Shown here piece by piece: positions 38,636 to 42,776 of a stretch of DNA of 42,776 bases; position 1 is the first letter of the stretch, and every line of letters begins with the position of its first letter. The DNA is taken from the NCBI GenBank assembly GCA_044225505.1, contig JBGAIN010000011.1:62001-104776 (forward strand). Reading direction: 5' to 3'. Made by a program: the position numbers and the translations under genes. A model generated the notes under the pieces. That model was not told where the DNA came from, ran no database searches, and saw only the letters and a program-made list of their open reading frames with translations. The DNA comes from Limisphaerales bacterium. Lineage in GTDB: Bacteria; Verrucomicrobiota; Verrucomicrobiia; Limisphaerales; SIBE01.

Positions 38636-39775
38636 ATGGGTATGACAAAGAAACGCCTTCAGGCTCTCGCGAAAGAACATGGCACACCGCTCGTGATCAT
38701 CGATCACGACGTGATCCGCCGTAACTATGCCGAGTTTAAACGGCATTTGCCCAAGATCCAAGTCTACTACGCGGTGAAGGCGAACCCGGCCCCGGAGATC
38801 ATTCATACTCTATACAAGAGCGGCGCCAGCTTCGATGTCGCGTCCATGCCTGAGTTCATGATGGTCTATGAAAACATCAAGCAACTCCCCGCCAAAGCGC
38901 AGCAAGATTTCATCTGGGACAAGGTGATCTACGCGAACCCAACCAAGCCTAAGGAAACGCTCATGTGGTTGGACCAGTACAAGCCGCTCGTGACCTACGA
39001 TAACCTGGCCGAACTGGAAAAGATCAAGCAGTACGCCCCTCGCGCGGGTGTCGTCCTCCGGTTGCGCGTGGCCAACACTGGTTCCCAATGCGAACTTTCC
39101 TCGAAGTTCGGCTGCGATCCTGGCGAAGCCGTCGATCTGATCCTGGCGGCGTTTCGAATGGGGTTGGTCGTGGAGGGCCTCAGCTTCCACGTCGGCAGCC
39201 AATGCACGAACTTCGAAAACTTCGTCCAAGCATTGAATGTGGCGGCAGCTGTGATGAAAGAGTCGAAGGAGAGGGGACATCGCATCAAGATTCTGGATAT
39301 CGGGGGTGGGTTTCCCGCTCCCTACAATCGCCATGTCAAACCGTTCGCAGACCTGGCGCGGGTCATCAATACCGAGATCGAACGTCTCTTCGAGCCCGAG
39401 CTGGAAATCCTGGCGGAGCCTGGCCGATTCTTGGTGGCGACGGCGGCGACGGCCGTCGCCCGAATCATCGGCCGCGCCGTCCGAGACGGCAAACCTTGCT
39501 ACTATATCGACGACTCGGTCTATCACACCTTTTCTGGAATCATTTTCGACCATTGCCAGTATCATCTTCAGGCCTTCAAAAAAGGTCGCGCGGAAGTATC
39601 GGCGGTGTTCGGCCAAACGTGCGATGGTTTGGATACCATTTCGCAATCCGAGTTGCTGCCGGAGTTGGAGATCGATGACCTGGTGTATTCCGAGAATATT
39701 GGGGCCTACAGCAACGCCTCGGCGACCTATTTCAATGGCTTTCCGCCGGCCAAGGTCGTGCACATCAATACCTAG
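38636..39775 (+). CDS. Type III PLP-dependent ornithine/lysine decarboxylase
   Basis: YAVKANP, FDVAS, SKFG, FHVGSQ, DIGGGF, EPGR, GQTCDG and GAY motifs. Confidence 0.9.
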   Translation: MGMTKKRLQALAKEHGTPLVIIDHDVIRRNYAEFKRHLPKIQVYYAVKANPAPEIIHTLYKSGASFDVASMPEFMMVYENIKQLPAKAQQDFIWDKVIYANPTKPKETLMWLDQYKPLVTYDNLAELEKIKQYAPRAGVVLRLRVANTGSQCELSSKFGCDPGEAVDLILAAFRMGLVVEGLSFHVGSQCTNFENFVQALNVAAAVMKESKERGHRIKILDIGGGFPAPYNRHVKPFADLARVINTEIERLFEPELEILAEPGRFLVATAATAVARIIGRAVRDGKPCYYIDDSVYHTFSGIIFDHCQYHLQAFKKGRAEVSAVFGQTCDGLDTISQSELLPELEIDDLVYSENIGAYSNASATYFNGFPPAKVVHINT

Positions 39776-39947
39776 TCTAAGAGCGGTCGAGCCGCCCGCC
39801 GCGCAGAGCGTCTGCGCGGGGCGGTCGCGACTTTGTGGCGCGTTTGGTCATAGCCGAACGGCTGTCGTTTGGACTCCGCCCAACCGTTGCGTTGGAAATC
39901 GTGCTTGAATCCGCGGTGCAACCGTCTTTGTATCCTTTACCGACGTT

Positions 39948-40493
39948 ATGCCTCTAACCTCAGATTTATTAGATGGCCTTGGGAAGATCGTGGGCCACAA
40001 GAGCGTCCTGGTCGCCAAAGAAGACCTGATCCCATACTCTTTTGATGGGACAGCCGCCTTGCACGCCATGCCGGGCTGTGTCCTCTTCGCGAAGAACACC
40101 CAGGAAGTCGCCGATGTCATCAAACTCGCGAACGCCACCAAAACCCCCATTGTCACCCGCGGCTCTGGCACTGGGCTAAGCGGCGGCAGTCTGCCCAGCC
40201 CGGACTGCGTCGTCCTGTGCCTCGTGCAGATGGATAAAATCCTCGAGACGGACCGGGCTAATTTGACAATGCTCGTGGAGGCAGGCGTCACCACTCTGCA
40301 AATTGCCGACGCCGCCACGGCGGCAGGACTTTTTTATCCTCCCGATCCCGGGTCGATGCGGATTTCAACGATCGGCGGCAATGTCGCCGAGAACTCAGGA
40401 GGCCTGCGAGGCTTGAAATACGGTGTGACGCGGAACTACGTCATGGGCATGGAAGTCGTCTTGCCCACAGGGGAACATGTGGATGGGGAATAA
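39948..40493 (+). CDS. glcD: Glycolate oxidase subunit GlcD / FAD-linked oxidase, N-terminal fragment
   Basis: RGSGTGLSGG, YPPDPGS and TIGGNVAENSGG motifs; frameshift near 40476. Confidence 0.8.
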   Translation: MPLTSDLLDGLGKIVGHKSVLVAKEDLIPYSFDGTAALHAMPGCVLFAKNTQEVADVIKLANATKTPIVTRGSGTGLSGGSLPSPDCVVLCLVQMDKILETDRANLTMLVEAGVTTLQIADAATAAGLFYPPDPGSMRISTIGGNVAENSGGLRGLKYGVTRNYVMGMEVVLPTGEHVDGE

Positions 40494-41328
40494 ATGCGTC
40501 AAAGACGTCGCGGGCTACTCGTTGAAAGACGTTTTCATCGGTTCTGAAGGCACTCTCGGTGTGATCACTCAAGTGTTGCTGCGCCTCATTCCCAAGCCCC
40601 AAGCCAAGAAAACCATGGTCGCCACGTTCGCGCAGATGGACCAGGCCGCGGATTGTGTTTCGGCGATTATTGCGGCCCAGATCATCCCTTGCACGCTCGA
40701 GTTCCTGGATCGCATGACTATCCATTGCGTGGAGGACTACGCTAAAATCGGCCTGCCTCTGGATTGTGAAGCCCTCCTGCTCATGGAGACGGACGGCCAC
40801 CCCGCTGTTGTCGCCGAAGAAGCCGAGCAGATGGAGAAGATTTGCCGCGCCAAAGGCTGCTTGGAGTTGCGCATCGCGAAAGACGAAGCCGAAGCCACCA
40901 AGCTCGCGAGCGCCAGGCGCACCGCCTTTTCCGCGCTCGCCAGGGTGGCTCCCACCACCATTCTGGAAGACGCCACGGTTCCTCGCAGCGAACTCGCCCG
41001 GATGATTCGGTTTGTTGAGGCGATCGCCAAGAAGTACAAACTCCGGATTGGCACCTTCGGGCATATGGGGGATGGCAATCTTCACCCCACCTTCCTCACG
41101 GACGAACGCAATAAAGAGGAAATGCATCGTGTCGAAGAGGCGTTCACCGAGATCTTTGACGAAGCCATCCGGCTCGGGGGCACGATCACGGGCGAGCACG
41201 GCATTGGCGTGGCCAAAAAATCGTTCCTTCCGAAGTTCGCAGGCGACGCTCAAATGCGCACCATGCGCGAATTGCGTCGAGTTCTCGATCCGAACGGGAT
41301 CTTGAACCCTGGCAAAATGTTTGACTAA
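40477..41328 (+). CDS. glcD: Glycolate oxidase subunit GlcD / FAD-linked oxidase, C-terminal fragment
   Basis: KDVAGY, GSEGTLG, GHMGDGNLHP, GEHGIG and DPNGILNPGK motifs. Confidence 0.8.
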   Translation: MWMGNKCVKDVAGYSLKDVFIGSEGTLGVITQVLLRLIPKPQAKKTMVATFAQMDQAADCVSAIIAAQIIPCTLEFLDRMTIHCVEDYAKIGLPLDCEALLLMETDGHPAVVAEEAEQMEKICRAKGCLELRIAKDEAEATKLASARRTAFSALARVAPTTILEDATVPRSELARMIRFVEAIAKKYKLRIGTFGHMGDGNLHPTFLTDERNKEEMHRVEEAFTEIFDEAIRLGGTITGEHGIGVAKKSFLPKFAGDAQMRTMRELRRVLDPNGILNPGKMFD

Positions 41329-41485
41329 CAGCGTCCGGCGGTCGGCAGGTGACATTTTGTCACCGACATCGGGAGTGGACCTTCCTACGTTGGAGCAGGA
41401 AGCAGGTAAGAGATAGATAAGTAAAAGGACATTAATGGTTTACGTCGATTTCTGTGGTTTAGGTGTTAAACTTCGCTGCGACTGC

Positions 41486-41594
41486 AGACCGCTTCTTCTC
41501 CCGGCCAAGATCCGCTCTTCATTCGGAGGTAACCCACTGGTCACCCACTCCCAGTGGGTTACCAGCGAATGAAGAGCGAAGGACGAAGCGGTTT
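41486..41594. repeat. Long near-perfect inverted repeat / structured element
   Basis: CGCTCTTCATTCG-GA-GGTAACCCACTGG-N10-CCAGTGGGTTACC-AG-CGAATGAAGAGCG, plus an outer AGACCGCTTC/GAAGCGGTTT pair. Confidence 0.7.
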
Positions 41595-41824
41595 ACCGCG
41601 AATCGAGAACTAGGGAATCAGGGCGCCAATGCAGTGCTAATACTGAGGTAGAGCGTTGAATGGCAAGAGGGTAGGACTCTTTCAGCTTCTCTTGGAAGCA
41701 TCCATCGGTTCAACTCCGCCCGGCGAGATCGTGAGACTCCCTAGCGTTGGGCGATTCCTAGTGAGGAAGTTGGCGAAACAAGACTTGCGCCTTAGGGGAA
41801 AGTGCCGCGAGATTGGGGGGTTGC

Positions 41825-42292
41825 ATGATCACACCACGTCCGAAAGGTGAACGGGAACTGACGTTCGTTGTTCAGGCGGCAAGCGCATTGAGCTTGGGGA
41901 CATTGGCTGGGTTGCTTTATTCCGTCAAAACGGTCATCCCAAGCATTCAGTTCGAGGTAACTTGGCTATCGGCAGTCGCGTTTCTCTGTGCGGCAGCGGC
42001 CTCGGTCGCGATTTGGCACCTGGTATTCCAGATCAGTGCTGCGGATGGCGACGAAACATCCCTGGGACAGGCTGGGACGCGGTCCCGAAAGCGAATGTAC
42101 AACGCTCTGGCGACGCTCTTAGGTTTAGCGCTAGTGGTGGCATTTATCGTTCCGCTGCGAGGGTTTTCCCGCGACAAGCTTTCGGAGATCGGATACGGAG
42201 CTGTGATCGCCGTGTTTTTCCTCACAATCCTGGGTGTTATCTTCTGGAAAGTGGTGCGATTCCTGGAGCGGGACGAGACTCCAGAGTCTTAA
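41825..42292 (+). CDS. Hypothetical 4-TM membrane protein
   Basis: Four hydrophobic segments in an open frame between glcD and glcF. Confidence 0.65.
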   Translation: MITPRPKGERELTFVVQAASALSLGTLAGLLYSVKTVIPSIQFEVTWLSAVAFLCAAAASVAIWHLVFQISAADGDETSLGQAGTRSRKRMYNALATLLGLALVVAFIVPLRGFSRDKLSEIGYGAVIAVFFLTILGVIFWKVVRFLERDETPES

Positions 42293-42373
42293 CCAGCCCA
42301 ACTTGACACTTGGCACCGTTCGAAATGTCAGGGAACATTCCTTGATCGCATTCGGTCAGAAGCAGGAAAATCC

Positions 42374-42776
42374 ATGACAACTGTTGGAGAGGAGCGGGCC
42401 ACTCCAGGCCTGCAATTGCAGAATCTGGACTACTCAGTGGTTCAGCAGTGCATGCACTGTGGTTTGTGTTTGCCCACGTGCCCGACGTATTCCGCCACCA
42501 AGTTGGAGCGAAACAGTCCACGCGGGCGAATCTCGCTGATGCGAGCGATTGCGGACGGACGTTTGGAACCCACCAAAAGCTTCGCCGACGAGATGTATTT
42601 TTGCCTCGGTTGCCTCGCGTGCATGACCGCTTGTCCGGCTGGGGTAAACTACGCGGAACTCTTCGAGCATGCGCGGGCGGAAGTGGAACAGAGTGGCCAA
42701 CTCAATTCCCCGCGTCGAAACCTGCTCCGATGGTTCACGGTGGGGTGGCTGTTCATGAAATTGGGACGGCTTCGAT
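42374..42776 (+). CDS. glcF: Glycolate oxidase Fe-S subunit GlcF (partial, runs off window)
   Basis: Read manually: MTTVGEER...QCMHCGLCLPTCPTY..ERNSPRGRI...FCLGCLACMTACPAGVNY, giving two 4Fe-4S motifs. Confidence 0.88.
   Translation, partial: MTTVGEERATPGLQLQNLDYSVVQQCMHCGLCLPTCPTYSATKLERNSPRGRISLMRAIADGRLEPTKSFADEMYFCLGCLACMTACPAGVNYAELFEHARAEVEQSGQLNSPRRNLLRWFTVGWLFMKLGRLR

Noticed and set aside
38810..39763. 317-aa antisense ORF, and similar long shadow ORFs (30257-31216, 40441-41355, 8129-8755, 25825-26559)
   Set aside because: They overlap well-supported genes on the opposite strand and show no recognisable motifs; expected from GC-rich codon bias.
39786..39832. GC-rich hairpin after the decarboxylase as a REP element
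   Set aside because: Single copy in the window; most simply a terminator or stability hairpin.
40465..40495. Programmed ribosomal frameshift in glcD
   Set aside because: No slippery heptamer; other indels in the window point to assembly error.
1..42776. tRNA, rRNA, tmRNA, RNase P, SRP RNA, CRISPR arrays, transposases or integrases
   Set aside because: No diagnostic motifs or regularly spaced repeats were seen in the intergenic regions by eye.

Overview
GC-rich bacterial chromosomal segment. It is most consistent with Verrucomicrobiota (Pedosphaerales/Limisphaerales-like), inferred from a PEP-CTERM protein, an H-X9-DG prepilin-like protein, Tat-exported sugar enzymes and secreted proteins ending in a '...FYR' C-terminal domain. 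Housekeeping genes: scpAB, pheA, lgt, RluA/RluD family, fabD-fabG-acpP-fabF, dnaE, an ornithine/lysine decarboxylase, glcD and glcF. Carbohydrate genes: BNR sialidase, sialate O-acetylesterase, GH29 fucosidase, an isomerase-aldolase-kinase cluster and PIG-L deacetylases. The standout is a class-I cobalamin riboswitch with a terminator-type expression platform (~5010-5291). It controls three exported proteins: a PEP-CTERM protein resembling a B12-binding surface domain, a secreted CTD protein and a pilin-like H-X9-DG protein. No btuB/btuCDF is present, so this is a candidate pilin-based corrinoid capture module. Also seen: two unexplained structured non-coding elements, recurrent leaderless-type promoters, and clustered frameshifts that look like long-read assembly indels. 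No tRNA, rRNA, CRISPR or mobile element was recognised.
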